DNA of 64,000 nt from Blasia pusilla. Lineage: Eukaryota. Made by a program: the position numbers and the translations under genes. The stretch covers positions 10,788,001 to 10,852,000 of the forward strand of contig CM114271.1 of the NCBI GenBank assembly GCA_050084515.1. Direction: 5' to 3'. Shown piece by piece: positions 1 through 13,829 of the stretch (within the stretch, counting starts at the first letter, position 1; the number at the start of each line of letters is the position of its first letter). The notes below the pieces were generated by a model, which did not search any database, was not told the origin of the DNA, and worked only from the letters and a program-made list of their open reading frames with translations.

Positions 1-230
1 AACTCAGGATACCTCCGCATCAATCGACCAATATGTCGGGATGAGACTCTCGGGCCGTCTCATCTCGCTCCACATACACGTATCTCTCCGCACAAATACC
101 GCCCGCAACATCTGTGCCAAACCAAAGTGCTAATCCCACCAAAGAGATCTAACACACAAATGCCCTCCGGCGGATATCGCCATACAATGGGTGTAGTATC
201 CAAAGGAGATAACCTAATGGGCAGAAGTAG
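1..230 (-). pseudogene. N-terminal part of retrotransposon-embedded C5 cytosine methyltransferase (copy 1)
   Basis: TPIVWRYPPEGICVLDLFGGIST then, after a frameshift, YVYVERDETAR; same order as copy 2 at 14600-14800. Confidence 0.75.
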
Positions 231-599
231 GAGTCCGCCGTGGGGCCTCCTCTTCCTCGTGAGGTATAATGACCTCACACCAAGCCTCTGCACTAGGCGA
301 TCAGCCTCTTGCCGTAGTGCACCGCTTTGAACTCCAAAGTGGCACATCCAACGATGAGGATGCCATTGCTGCAAAAATAGGGACCTGCTCTACCTCCTCA
401 TGCGCAAGAGAATCCATAGCAGAAACATTACCCTCCAAAAAGTCTCTGGCCAAGTGACTACTCCACTAAAACCAGCCACAGATGCTAACATCTTGTTGGG
501 GAAGACCCTCCTGGTCGAGCCCCGTAAATAAATCTCACAGAACTTGGCTCATACGTCCATCCCGGATCGCCAACCAGGTAAGTAGAAGACGCTGTCTCA

Positions 600-3010
600 C
601 CCAATAATCCATCTGAAAACCCATCGGGTACAATCGCTCCTCCAACTAGTACATCATACGACTCGGTGATGTGACTACCGCAGATACTCCCAACCGGGAG
701 TTATCGCATGATCCGGTCTCAACTATACAGAAAACTTTTCCCGTGTCATGAATTGAGACTTATCATTGGCTCCTCCAAGTGATGTTTGAACTGGAATGGG
801 CAAGGCTCAAGCTCGACCTCCGAATACCCAAACCAATACATGCCGCTTTCCCAACATCAAAGGTTGGGCACCGTGGTCTAACAAGACTCTATCGGTCTAT
901 ACACTGTCTGTCAGAGGACTCACCAATCGGAAGATCCCACCGGTTGTCCAACATACATACACCAGGTGTAAGCCTCTCACGATCAATGGCTGGCCGGGCC
1001 GGTAATGCATCCATCTTCGCCGCCGCTCGCCAAGTAGCACCGGGTACTCAATGCTACTCTCGACATAGAGGGTCGCTCCACCGCAACACCCTCATCCACC
1101 TCAACACGTAGCAAGAATACACCCCACGTTCACACAACGTGGTCGCTAATCAAATACAGGAGCTAAGTCAACTCCTAAAGCCATCGCCTCCGTGGCCGAA
1201 AACAATAGGGATCCTAACACCGGTTGCCATCCCACATCGCATTGATGCCGCATCCGTGTCTACTACACGCGATGTAGATGCCTCGCCCCCCACTGCCGGC
1301 TCAATAGGCTGCGAGGAACCATGGATGGAGTCCTAAGCACCTCAGACAACAAGAATGACTGGGAAGCCTAGCTCGCCTCCCCCTCACCCCTCTATGGGTC
1401 CAACTCCACAGAGCACCACGTGGCTCGACGCCGAGTGGCTCCTCTCAGAATCGCGGTGATGCCTCAACCTCGGTCGCACTCGCCATATAAGAGAGATCAT
1501 CCCTCCATAAGAGGTGGAAGCCCCGCTCCCGAACTCCGATCTATCTTTGGATACCGACCATAGTAGCCAACTCGCTCCAACTACTCAATCTTGGCGACCA
1601 TAGTCGACTCTGTCAGTAGTGGTAGGGGTAGCCACCGTAGGCTCTCCAACCACCGGTCCACCTCTACCACCCCTACCACCTCTACCACCTCGGCCTCTGA
1701 GCTACTCCACCACGGCCACGGCCCGATCTCAACTCGGGATGGAGATCAAAGCAACGCTCTCGAGGATGACCTAGTCTCCCGCAATGATCACACCGAGTTG
1801 GGGCCGACGAGGCCCATCCTCCAAAGTCCGTCTCCCATCCTCTTGGGGACAAAACTTCCTAACATGATCACCTCCACATGTCCAACATGATCGCCCCTTG
1901 CTGCGGGGCAGCAAATGAAGGCAATGGTCTCTGCACAAATGTCCCTCTAGGACTTGACTGAGGTCGCGTGTACCCCCCACGACTCCCACTACTACTACCA
2001 CCACCACCACCACTACTACGAGACTGTGAGGTGGGCGGCCTGAACACGAGAAGTAGTAGTTGTATCCCCTCTTGAATGCGGATGTCACCACTCTCTCCTT
2101 CACCATGTTAAGCTCAATCTTCTCAGATAGAGCAAACACATGGATCAATGTGGGTGAATCATCACTCATAAGAGTAGCATCACGCACCCTACGGCGCAAA
2201 TCTCGTCCAAGATCCCATACCAAAATCGGGATCATCGATCCTCGGTCACACCTGGGTAATCTGAAATCAAGCATCGCATATGCGTGTATGCCTCACAAAG
2301 ACTCTCACCGTCTCTTTCGCTCAAAGTCCTTAAGATTCCTCAACTTCTCCGTCTTCACTCCTTGATAGTTCTTCTTCAACCTCTTGAAGAACTCTACAAC
2401 CGGCTAAACGATGGTGGGGCACTAGTACCTCCACTAGTACCCCCCCACTGGTACCTCCACTGGTACCCCACTCCGGCTCGTACTGCACCACTCGTCCGGG
2501 CCGGGTCGGGCATAGTAGGAGCACTACTACCAATACCACCATGGGTGATAGACACATAGCCTGGAGACCAATATTGTCTCCATGCCTCAATCTCAACAAC
2601 ATGGTCCTTCCTAAACTCATGGTAATCATCCATGGGTGGTCCTTCCAAGTCTTTGAAACAACCCTTCCAAGCCAAGAAGGGTGTAAACAACGTATGCGTT
2701 CCGCAACATCTGCATATCACACCACGTATCAAACTCCCGCATGAAGTCCTCCAACTCAATGGTACCCACCGCACCGAGTATCGCCGTGGGCCCTTCATGG
2801 CCCCATATCCACCGTCCATGTCCCAAATCAATGGAGCCGCAACACTCGATAACAACGAGAAGACTCGGTGTTTGGAACACCTCGCCCTCCTCTTCATCAA
2901 CCGTCGGAAGTGGAAAAGGTAGCCGATACCTAAATCCACTCCGTGTGAAACCACCACTGTCCGCACCACGGTCCCCAACCAGACCACCCGACAACTCCGT
3001 GATGACCAAC
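600..3010 (-). pseudogene. gag and aspartic protease remnants of Gypsy copy 1
   Basis: IELEDFMREFDTWCDMQML and AWKGCFKDLEGPPMDDY gag segments, CX2CX4HX4C knuckle, protease motif; many stops and frameshifts. Confidence 0.75.
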
Positions 3011-5965
3011 GCCGATGCCGCACCACCACCAAATTACCCAAAAGACGTCGATGTCGCTCTACTATTGTAGCTCTACTAGCTATGGGTGTAGGCAATCTAA
3101 CCTCTCATCACTACAAGAAGCCTCCCACGGTCTACTAGTCATCACTCCAGCCTCACTACCGGTAGCACACAGGAGTAACACTACTCTGGAAATCAGCGTC
3201 AACCCTAACAATGGGCGCGTAAGCAAGAAGCACGATGGAGGGGATCCAAACACAGGAAGTCCAATGACAACCCTCCAACCGCAAATGGAAATCAAGGTAA
3301 CACAATCCGCCAAACGTGGTGCCCCCTGAATCCACAAAACCCACCACACAATTCTAACGCAATAGCTACTCCGCCGTGGGTCGATGACGTACTAGTCGAA
3401 CTCGTAGCACCTGAAAATATCACCTGCATGGAGAGGCTACACCGTACTATGCGCTAGAGGTACATCAACTAAAAACCTGAGATGCATAAAGCGCCTAACA
3501 CATCTCCGAACAGCACCAAATGAGCTACAACAGTCTGTACACTGGCCTAGTTAAGAACTCAGCAGTTAAGCGTCCTCCAGGCAGAATAGCCCAAAGATGG
3601 GTGACCAGTTATGCAAAACTCAAATCCCAAATCCTGAAAAAATTGCCTCACGCCCAAGCAAGCAAGCTTGCTTGCTTGCTCTTTGCTCCTTACTCCGCCT
3701 CTCACGCCCACTCGCCCCGAGCTACCACGAGTTGCCTCGAAGCCTCAAGCATGTCTCGAGCATTTCTCGGCCCTCGAGCCGAGAAATGCTCGAGACATGC
3801 CACGCTTCGCCATGCTTCGCTATGGAGAGAGGTCCAACCAGGGCGCCCCCAACGGGATAGGCATCTCCAACAATGAACGAGTCACCAACCAACCAGCCCC
3901 TCCGATCCGCTGTCCACCATAGCCAGACCTTGAGCTAGTCCGCAAAATTTCGATCAAAAATTACTTCACAAATACGTGACCAAAGTCAAATCTGTTTCAA
4001 TCAGAATTCAATTGACCACCATAGCTATCTCCCCACAAAAACTCAGCTAAAACCGAGCTCCGTACTCCGAGCTAAAAATCAGACAAACTTGCTGTCCATA
4101 CACCTCTAGAACCAAGAACTCGATAGCGCTTCCGCCAAGTTTCATGCACGCAGAAATCCGCAACGCTCCACGCACTCGAGCAAATAGCTTCACATGAGAT
4201 CACAATACAAGTAGCAATAGGAACCTCTCACCCGATCTGAATGAACTTCAACAGAGCTTCCGACTCCAAGCTCTCCACATCGTAAAAACGCATCGAACAT
4301 GAACCGAGAATCTTCAATGCTTGATAACTTCCAACTCCCTTGACGAAATCCGCGATCTACAGCGCGTTGGAAAGCTCTCAGCAAGGCGCTTCTTTCCCAA
4401 CCAACCACGCACCTGATTCACACCTCCAACATAGGCAACAAGCCCCGAACATCCACGGCTGAGTACACAATAAGCCCTAACCAGATCCTACTGATCTACA
4501 ATCGAAGCTACCATCGATCTACTCCAGTTCTTTGAGTGAAATCCATGAAAGACCTACTGTCATAAAACACGTTTACAATCACATACAATCGAGCCAAACC
4601 CACTCCACGATGGAAGAATCCAGGTCGAAGCTTGCGGGAAACACCATAGCCAAGAGCTCTACTCACTACCAAGGCTAACTCCCAACGCAACAGGCTCAAC
4701 TCAAAGAACTGAGTGTTCTTTGAGTGCACTCCACCTTATATCCTCCAACCTAAGAGCGGGCCCTATTGGGAAACTCACCCCCAACTGAGTAACCTCCAAC
4801 CCTATGTATGGAACCGCATCTCTTCCAAGCCACTACGGTCCTACATGAGGAATGACCTCTACTAGCACACTATACTCTACGACATAATCCGTATGGTCAT
4901 GACATATATTCAAGCTCACGAGACACTTGAACTGCTACATTTGGTACTCGCACTGAGTAGGGAAGCTTAATCTTGGTTAGCCAGTTAAACGCGATTATCT
5001 TAACTATGGTTAGTTAATCACAGTGAGTCTAACTCTAGAATATGGTTAAGATTAAGGTTAAGATTTCTTGTACATACCCTATATAATTGAGAAGGGGACC
5101 AGCCTCCACTCATTCTCTCATTGCAAAATTTTGTTCTCCATGGTGATGTGCGAGTGTGTGAGCCGTTTTCCACCAATTATGCTTCTTTAGCAATTTTGTA
5201 CACATGCTATCTCAAGTTCCTCCGACCCATCACTCTTTGGTGCAAATGTCTCGCTCCACGTGGTCATCGTCCAAGTGTCAAAACTCCTCACTCGAGCCCC
5301 ACAACGGCACATCTCTTTCATCGTCGTTGATTTTGATTTTGACTTTTGGGATGATAGGTTACCAAGAAGAGTGTAACCTGGTACGGAGAAGTTGATTGAG
5401 CTTTGTGAACTAGAAGGGAAGGTCTTTGTGATTGAAGATCGATCATCTATGCCTGGGAAGGTGACATAAGTGCCTTCCCACTCTTCTACTATTGCTATGT
5501 CAACCATAGCAGACTCATTGGAAGAGTATGTTGCTATAGATAATACTCAATCTGGTCTTGTTCGGGACAACTAGCCCCTTCCCTTGAGAGGGCTTCATTT
5601 GAGTCGGTTCTAATATGTGCAGCGGCTGATAAACAGTGGAAAGATGAATGGAGGAGATTTCAGAAGCGCGTAGAGAAGGAGGGATATAATGACCATAGTT
5701 GGAAAGTCAGAACATAGGATAAGGGGACTAAGATCTTTGGACATTTGGACGGGTTCCAAGTGTGATTCGCAACCCTCTGCTTCCCAAATCCGGTAAAATA
5801 TTGCAACAGAATTGAATGTGTTACAGAATTGGATCCATTGTGTCAGACAATATCACCCACCGAATTCATCTTGTCAGTAAAAATCTGTCAGGAGTATCTG
5901 TTTTCCTATTCACTATAAATTAAAAATTCTCATTCTCATTCTCCTCCCGTTGGAATCTTCTTGGA

Positions 5966-8900
5966 ATGGATAATTATGTTAAGCTCACTTGTGGCAGTCA
6001 TCTGGCGGCCCTTCCTCAATCAGAAATCATTCGACCCCAAGCTCGTGAGTCTTTCATAGCAGTGGATGAAAATTTTCTGTCTGTTCGATTTCTTCTCCAA
6101 ATTGAAACCATCTTTGTATCCAAAGATGTTAGGGTGGATGGTACGGAAGACATAATAGGTGAGACGGTCCAGCCAGTGATCTCAGACCGTAAAGTATGGA
6201 ATCTCCTATCTCTAGCAAATGGTCAATACAGAGTTTACGACCTGCCCCTGAATTCGTCTGTTTCCCAAGTAGACGGTCTAGAATTTCCTAGTGCTCCGAG
6301 CTCTACGTTTGCAACTCCAAGCTCTGCAGATCCGGCGTCGACTCCAACTTCGCACGCTCGTAATAATGTTGTTCATCCTGAAGAGATCCCGGATGTTATC
6401 AACCTCAATGGATCTGTCGGACACCAATCGGGCCCTCTGTCCGCCTACTCATTCCTCTTGCGAGTATCAGGCAATAGTTTGCTTTCGTCTCTGGCCTTGA
6501 AAATGTTCAAGCACATTCTTGTCGACAAGCTGCCGCCCACATACGATGGTAATTGCATTTTTGAGTTGCCTCCACTTGTTGCTCCTGCTCAAAAGAAGGA
6601 TGGAGGACGCCTGAAGGGTATGGACAGAAAGTCTGATTGTCATCGATGGTGCAGGCTTCAACGGACCAGTGCTTCCATTCCAGATGGTCCTTGGATTGTC
6701 TCCCACCGCCAATGCGTGGGAGCCTTGGAGTATAGAAGTCCAGCATGCTCGTATCTAGAGCGCAACGGGCGAGTCAATACGTCGCAATTCCCTCCCAAGA
6801 ATGCAGAAACTCCATACGAGGTTGGTGCCACCATACCGCCGGGAGGCCATCGATGTCCTCATTGTGAGGCATCGCCCTTCTGCGTTGGAGCGTGTCTTGC
6901 ATACATATTTTTCATTGTCCACGACTTGGGCTCCACGCCGAGTATACAAGGTGGCGGTTCATGTTGGCTCCCACACTCATCCTGTGACCGATGCAATTCA
7001 AAGACACATCAAGGAGGATGTGGCGAAGAAAGTAGCCGAGGTCTACAGAAACTCTCCGGGTTCAAAGCGCGGAGTGATCAAGCTCACAACGGCATCACAA
7101 ATTTGTGAACAATTGCTTGGAATCCCTGGACAGAGCGAGATCACGGCGGTTGAGGAGAAACAACTCTGGGAAAATCTCGCATTTCTCGATGATCCTGAAT
7201 GCTTCTGGAATTTGCTGCGTCAAATACGAGTTCTGGATGGAAAGATGGCCGAAATGGATGCCATCGCCAGAATCAAGGCCAACTCCAGATTTCCATTCAT
7301 TCAGAGGCGAGGGATCCAGGGCCTATGTCTTCAAAATCTCAACCATAGGTCCGTCGAGTTGCCTCGATCTTATAGATTGAATGAGGGAAGGGGAAGATCT
7401 TTACGGGAGCTGGGTAAGCTTTGATATTTGCTACAGAGTGCTGAACGGATGGTTGACGATGGGTGCTCACGTTTATGACCATGTGGAGAAGGGACTCAAA
7501 ACTATATTTGTCTGTGAAGTAAAGCAGAAGACGTTGGCAGTTTGAAGATGTGCTGGTTACTCTTATTGGAGGTGGTGAAGGAAAACAAAAGGCCACCTCC
7601 GGAAATTTATGGGTTCATGGCGGACAATGCATAACCTGGGTGGATTGCTATCCGGGAAGTGTTATGGGGTGGAGAGGTTCCACCGGAGAGGGAAAGGTCG
7701 GATGCTTTCCATTGGCATTGGATCAGTGACCCAGTACACCAAATCTTGCATCAAGGAGAATAAGAGGACAGAGCATGTCACTCTACTCCAACGCTGCAAG
7801 GACAGCAAAACCTTGAAGCAGGCCATGGAATGCCAGGAAGAACTTCATGGGTGGTGGAGGAAGCATGCGATTTAGGGGAAGTACAAAGAGTTGTGCTCTT
7901 GGTTGAGTTGGTGGACTGTACGTATGAGACAATGGGGAAACTTCATGCGGCAGGTGAGTTCACTATTTTGTCTTGTGAAGCTCACGTTGAGAATTGTTTG
8001 TAAAGATGTAGCTCAGGGTGAGAAGCGTGGGAACTATATGGATTTCAAACCCAAGAAACCAAGCAAGCTGTCGGATGCGACGGGTTGCCCGAGTGTGCAA
8101 CCCGACGGAAACTGACGGGTTGCCCGAGTGTGCAACCCGACGGAAACCGACGGGTTGCCCGAGGGTGCAACCCTATGGAAATCAACGGGTTGCATCCAGA
8201 TTTTTGGTGCAACCCGAGTGTGCAACCCGTCGGGACCCGACGGAAACCGACGGGTTGCCCGAGGGTGCAACCCTATGGAAACCAACGGGTTGCATCCAGA
8301 TTTTTTGTGCAACCCGAGTGTGCAACCCGTCGGGACCCGACGGGTCACAGAGTTGTTCATGGGATGCCTCGGCCTTGCAACCCGTCGGGTACTGACGGGT
8401 TGTAGTAGGTGGGTTTAAGGTTACAACACGTCGGTACCCGACGGGTCGCAGAGTCGTTCATGGGATGCCTCGGGCCTGCAACTCGTCTAGTTTCGACAGG
8501 TCGCTTATTTCTTTGACTCCTGAGTTATTTTCGTTCCCTTCTAACATTGCCGTCGTTGCAGGGATTGAACGTTCATGAAAATGCCCTTTGCCCCAACACA
8601 AGTGGAGTAGAAAGTGTTCATTCCTCCTGGAGGTCGTCACAAGCATGCCAACGAATTTCACTTGTGGAGGCATGCCAAAAAGACCAGGCAAGAGCAATGC
8701 TACAGTCTGCAGCATCCCATATCTTCCTCACAAAAGGCATAACAAAAGGAAAGGGGTCGTCGATCTACGAGCTCTATGTTCGGGCGGCTGTGAGATCTGG
8801 TGATGAAAAAATGTATGTGGAAGCCTTCAACCGGTGCGTAGCTCGAACTCCACTCGAGCAAGACGTACACATTGGTGGGGATATTCGTGGGCGGGTTTCA

Positions 8901-10051
8901 AGACGTCCCATACAGATGGTGGTAGAGCAGTCCGAGCGAGACTCTTGGAGACCAGATAAGTATCTTGACTTCAGGCAGGTGAAGAGGCAACATCGGTGAT
9001 TGATTTGGATGAGGAAATTACGCCGCCCAGGTATTCGGGGACCCCGGACCCGTCCCAAATCCGTGATGGAGTTACTTCTCCAAAATCAGTGAATGTTTTA
9101 TTTCAAAAGCCCTCCGTCGCTGGAAGTTCGCAACATCCTGTCACTGGGGTGGTTCAACAATATGGGATTCTGGTAATGGAGGTGGATTGCAACCTAAAAC
9201 GGTGGCATATATCTCGGAGCAACCCAGGACGTGGACCCACCTGCAGGGCAGAATCTGATGGCATTAGGAGAGCATGCGGAACTTTCCTAAATAAGAACTG
9301 TACAAGGATTGGACGACCACTGCTTGGGTTTTGGGGACTCAAAACCTTTGATCGTTTCACGAGGACCGGGGATCAATTGAAGTACTTCTTCTGCCCAAAT
9401 GAATCTTGCGCTTTCCGGAAGTCTTATCCGGCTGCCATTGGAGCTCCCGAGAATACCCCCACGATTTGGCCCATCGCCGCAGGTACGAACTGCACTCAAG
9501 ACGAAGTGGACAATCTCACAAGTTCCAGTTTCAGACTCGTACACGGGGGAAGTTCGGAGCATGTTCGCATTACACAGACCTTCACATTTCGTATTCAACC
9601 CAAGATTGATGTCAACATGTACCCGGAGAAGGTGGATGATCTCAATCCATTATTTTTGTTTGAGTCTAGAAATGGGGTGAAGAGAAACAGAATGTGCAGG
9701 CCAACGGTGGAGAGAGCAAAGCAAATTGCATCAGCTCGGGAGGGAAAAATGGAGATCATCGCCACGAAAGATGTCTTGAGTGGCAATGGAATAGGAAGGA
9801 TGTATTGGGTCAGGAACAACACTGTAAATTCAAGTGTCACAAGGGTGTATGTGGTGCACATCTGTTGGTTTCCCACATGTTCACGTGATGACTTTGTCCA
9901 AAGAGAGACAAGTGGCAAAAGGTATTTCCCTTGTAAGCACATGTACTATGTGTTGCTGGTAGTTTTAAGAGAGTCGGAGGTAGGAGTAGGAATCCACCAA
10001 CCAATTCTGTCCCTCAAAGAAGTTCGAAGTATTTTAAACAAACCACTTTGA
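5966..10051 (+). pseudogene. Mutator-family DDE transposase with N-terminal Cys/His zinc region and C-terminal SWIM finger; one intron (7954-8561); frameshifted
   Basis: WVSFDICYRV (D1), GFMAD (D2), DAFHW, NTSGVESVH (E), SWIM-like C..DDF..PCKHM; CAG|GTGAGT donor at 7954 and TTGCAG acceptor ending 8561. Confidence 0.8.
8075..8490. repeat. Intronic cluster of GCAACCCGTCGG / CCGACGGGTTGC palindrome units
   Basis: e.g. TGCAACCCGTCGGGACCCGACGGG at 8321 and TGCAACCCGTCGGGTACTGACGGGTTG at 8376, inside the transposase intron. Confidence 0.9.
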
Positions 10052-10532
10052 GGATGCAAAATGAGGTTTTAGATTGTACTTTTATTTTTTTCTCAACCTT
10101 CACTTTGATCTTGAACTCTATTCAGCCCCGGGCAAATGAAAGATTTTTTCCAGACCTTGGATGGAAAAAGTGATTGGTTCCACACTTATGATTCCACTGA
10201 TTTTTCAGTTTTCTAAATTTTGTGCAATTTGCAACTCGTCGGACTCAGAGGGGTTGCCAAAATATGGAAGAGGAAAAAAAAACTGTGGGACTGCTTAATA
10301 TATGAACAAAAAAGTGCAAAAAAATTTAAACAAAAATTTTCCTCTCTTCAACCCAACGGAAACTCTGTTCAAAAAAAATATCTATTGCGGTTGAAGGTAG
10401 TTTCCTCTCTCCTCTCTCCTCTCTTCCTCTCCTCTTACTGCACCTCGTTGGATCCCCCTAACTCTAGATAGAAAATATCACATCTCCTTGACAAAACCTA
10501 CTACCCTATACATATCCATCGTCCGATGGGAA

Positions 10533-11900
10533 CTATATCAAGAGGGGGGGGGGGGGAAGAGGGGTCAGACATGACATATGCCACCCTCGAGAACAACCAT
10601 CACATACCAACATGGTGGCTCCACCCCTCGTAGATTCGCACAACATACACTCAAGCCTGCACGTACCACTACTAAGCTCGGATCCAGTGTCCCATCCATG
10701 TTTGGAAGATGATATGGTGCACAATTGCGCACATGATCCTTCCAAACCATACCATCCCGTCCCTCCAACATGAGGACTCCGATCGGTAATACCTCACTCA
10801 CACGTAGGATCGTGCGCCTTGCAGTGACATCTAGCGTCGTGGGTGCCGCTTGCTGTAAATACACGTAATCTCCAAGATGAAACCTCCTCATCCCTGGACG
10901 ATAACCTCCTCCACGAATGGTTTCGTACCTCAATGTATCTCTATGTTGAGCAATAGCTAAGTTCTCAATGGCCATAGGCATTACTCTACGAAAAATCTCT
11001 GCCCTCTGAGAACATGCTTGTACCCACACATCTGGATCATCAAGATCTAACAGCTTCGCCATGCCACGTCCAATAGTTGTAGGTAAATTTGGCTCTCTCC
11101 CAAAGAGCAAAAAGTATGGTGAAAATGACGCCAAGGATGCCTGCCGACTAAAGCGATAATCCATAGCCAAACATGGCAAATGTAGGTCCCACTCCCTCAA
11201 CTATCCTCGCTGCAAGTCATACTTGCGCAATCCTCTCTTCACCGTATGTACTACTTTCTCCGCCGACCCATCCGCCTCAGGATGATCTCTGGATGTGGTG
11301 GGGTGATCTATCAACGCCTGATCACACAAGGCCTGAAACTCTCCCTTGAACTTGCTACCTTGGTCAGTCAACACCTCCGCCGGTGCACCAAAGTGACTAA
11401 GCACACGATCTAGAAATGCATAAGCTATTCCCTCGCTCGCCTTGTCCGGTAGTGCCACCAACTCTATCCACTTGGAGAAATGCTCCACCATGACCAACAC
11501 ATACATGTGATGACGCCTCGTCAATGGCAAAGGTCCCGCGAAGTCTAAACTCCACCAATAACCTAAGCCCATAATCGGCAAAGCATGTAACTGCAGAGTG
11601 GGAGCATTGAAGGATGCTCGCACTCTATCACATACCATACATCTCGCCACAAATTTTTGTACCCCAGTTTGCATGCCGCGCCACCATTACTGAATCTGGA
11701 GTAAGCTGTAAGTACGCTTTACTCCAAAAGGCCCAACTCCTCATGGGCATGTCGCACTACACGTGCTCACTGGGAAGGATGAGGTACCACTCATATCCTA
11801 CCATCTCCCCATACTCGCAAAATGTGAATCCCCTCCCACCTAAACCTCCTGGCTCTCTGTAGGATCCGATCCGGCTCCCTAGCACTCACTGTGCTCGCTA
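10533..11900 (-). pseudogene. Gypsy integrase with C-terminal PHD finger
   Basis: CMVC, WSLDFAGPLP, LTDQGSKF, HPEADGSAEK core; then CMLCESTRGGATMLVCDGCSRGWHMSCLTPL (PHD, C4HC3 start). Confidence 0.88.
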
Positions 11901-12149
11901 TGAAACCAGTGGGCAAGAACTCCACAACCTCCACGTCATCATGGATATCACAACCGCCTGTCGCCTTCTCACTAATCTCCAGATCGAAAGACTCCTCATC
12001 TCACCCCACCACTAGAGTCATCACCTGCGGCTGACCTACCATAGTCAACGAACAAAGATAGGCAGATGCATGCCAACCGGGCACTATCTCCTCATCATTC
12101 TCTCCGTGCCATCGAGCTCATGTGTCGTCTCTTTGACTCGGACATGGGT

Positions 12150-13600
12150 TACGACCCAACCCATCCGCACCCTGGTTCAGCCAAGCTGGCCCGTGAACCA
12201 CCTCAAACTCATACTCCTATGGTAATATAGCCCACCTGGCAAGCTTTCCCGCAAGCTTGTCGGACTCCATCAACCACCTCAATGGCTGATGATCAATGAT
12301 AAGTGTGAAAGGGTTGCCAAATAAATAGCACCTGAAAGATGCCATGTCCCACACTGTAGCCAAGGACTCTCCCTGGTAGGAGTTGTACTTTTCCTCTACA
12401 ATGTTGTTCGATTAGCTCGCGTAAGCAACAACCAACTCCTTCTCCTCGTGTTCCCTCTGAGTAAGCACTGCTCCTAGACCCAACATGCTCCAATCCGTAT
12501 TTAACTGGAATAGGCGACCCCTAACCGGTCTCTGTAAAATGGGTGAGGATGTCAACATGTCCTTGAGCTCCTGAAATGCTCACTCATGATCATCTCCCCA
12601 CAATCAAACCTGATCAAGTCTTATCAACAAGGTCAAAGACTTCAGGATCGCACTAAAACCCTTGACATACCGTCGATAGAAGTTTGCTAGTCCAAGAAAC
12701 GCTCGGGCTCAACTCACATCTATAGAGCGTGGAATCCGTGCAATAGCCTCCACCTTTGTTTGCTAAACACCTAACCCATTCGGGTATATGGTGTATCCCA
12801 AGTACTCAATCTGCTCCTGAAAGAATCTGCACTTGCCTGGATGTAACTTCAATCCATGTAACTACAATCGCTGAAACACCTCCTCTAGATGTTGCTCATG
12901 CTCCTCAACAGTGGAACTGAAGATAAGAATATCATCTATGTAACATTGTACAAATTCAAAGCTAGCCAAAATCCTATCCATCACTCTCTGAAACTGCGCA
13001 GGCGCGTTCTTCAACCCAAATGGTAAGAACCGCCACTGATACAAGCAATTTCTCCCAAACCAATCTATCCCCCAAAATGCTATCTTCTCCCTGTCCTCCA
13101 ACCTGATAGAAAGCTAATGATAGCCACCATGGAGATCTAAAGTATTGAAGATCTTTGCATGCCCTACCGCATCAAAGATCTCCTCAGGAGTAGGCATGGC
13201 GTATCGATCTAACATCGTTTTTCGATTCATAGGAGGGTAATCTCCACACATCCGCCTATCCGTCCAATTGCCATACATATCCTTCTTCGCCAACATGACT
13301 GTGGCAGATGCATACTCCCCATGTGATAACTCCACAAGTCATGCCTCCAACAAGTCCTGACTATTCTCTGAATCAAGGCTCGCTCCATATTATAATACCT
13401 GTAGGGTCGACAAAAGATCGGCATATCACTAGCCAACTCAATCCGTATCCCAGGACCCTTCAATATACCCAAGTCTTTCATACTGAAGGAAAAACAACTG
13501 ACGTGCCATCTCAAAAGCCTATGAACTCGCCGTTGCTCTCCTCTTATCAACTTGAGACCTATCACAGGCTCCCAAGTCTCCATCGTGACCTCACTCGGAG
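12150..13600 (-). pseudogene. Gypsy reverse transcriptase and RNase H
   Basis: RRMCGDY, TLDLHGGYH, WRFLPFGLKNAPAQFQRVMD, CYIDDILIFS; RNase H-like segment at ~12200-12520. Confidence 0.92.
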
Positions 13601-13829
13601 AGGACGCAACGCCCAGCGTTGATCGCTATGTAGCAATCCTAGCCACCTTCACAACAACCACTCCACTTTGACCTCCTACACCATGCTTCACTTCCAAAAA
13701 TTGAACATGTGGTGCTCTGGCTGCCTTCACACTCTCCGTTCGAACGACATCCCAAGAAGTCTACAGACCCTATAGGCAATGCTCCAACTGGTGGACATGA
13801 CAGCATGGATGACACTCGCATCCATCCCT

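Larger units (their letters stand above)
1..4950 (-). mobile_element. Ty3/Gypsy LTR retrotransposon fragment, copy 1 (5' leader, gag, protease, start of C5-MTase), decayed; runs off the window start
   Basis: Zinc knuckle CWTCGGDHVRKFC (~1850-1890), protease-like LLDHGAQPLMLGKAAC (~840-885) and MTase motif I VLDLFGGIST (~127-157), collinear with copy 2 at 14700-18900. Right boundary approximate; no LTR recognised. Confidence 0.8.
5748..10446 (+). mobile_element. Truncated Mutator-like element, copy 1 (transposase half only)
   Basis: Inverted paralogue of 33785-~38500. Ends CCTCTTACTGCACCTC at 10446, matching the reverse complement of the TSD-defined end at 33785. Other end and TSD not found. 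Confidence 0.8.

Noticed and set aside
8018-8418. Repetitive ORFs (CNPSETDGL / ATRR peptides) here and at 38379-39579 and 43126-43582
   Set aside because: Translation artefacts of the palindrome on both strands; they lie in introns or spacers.
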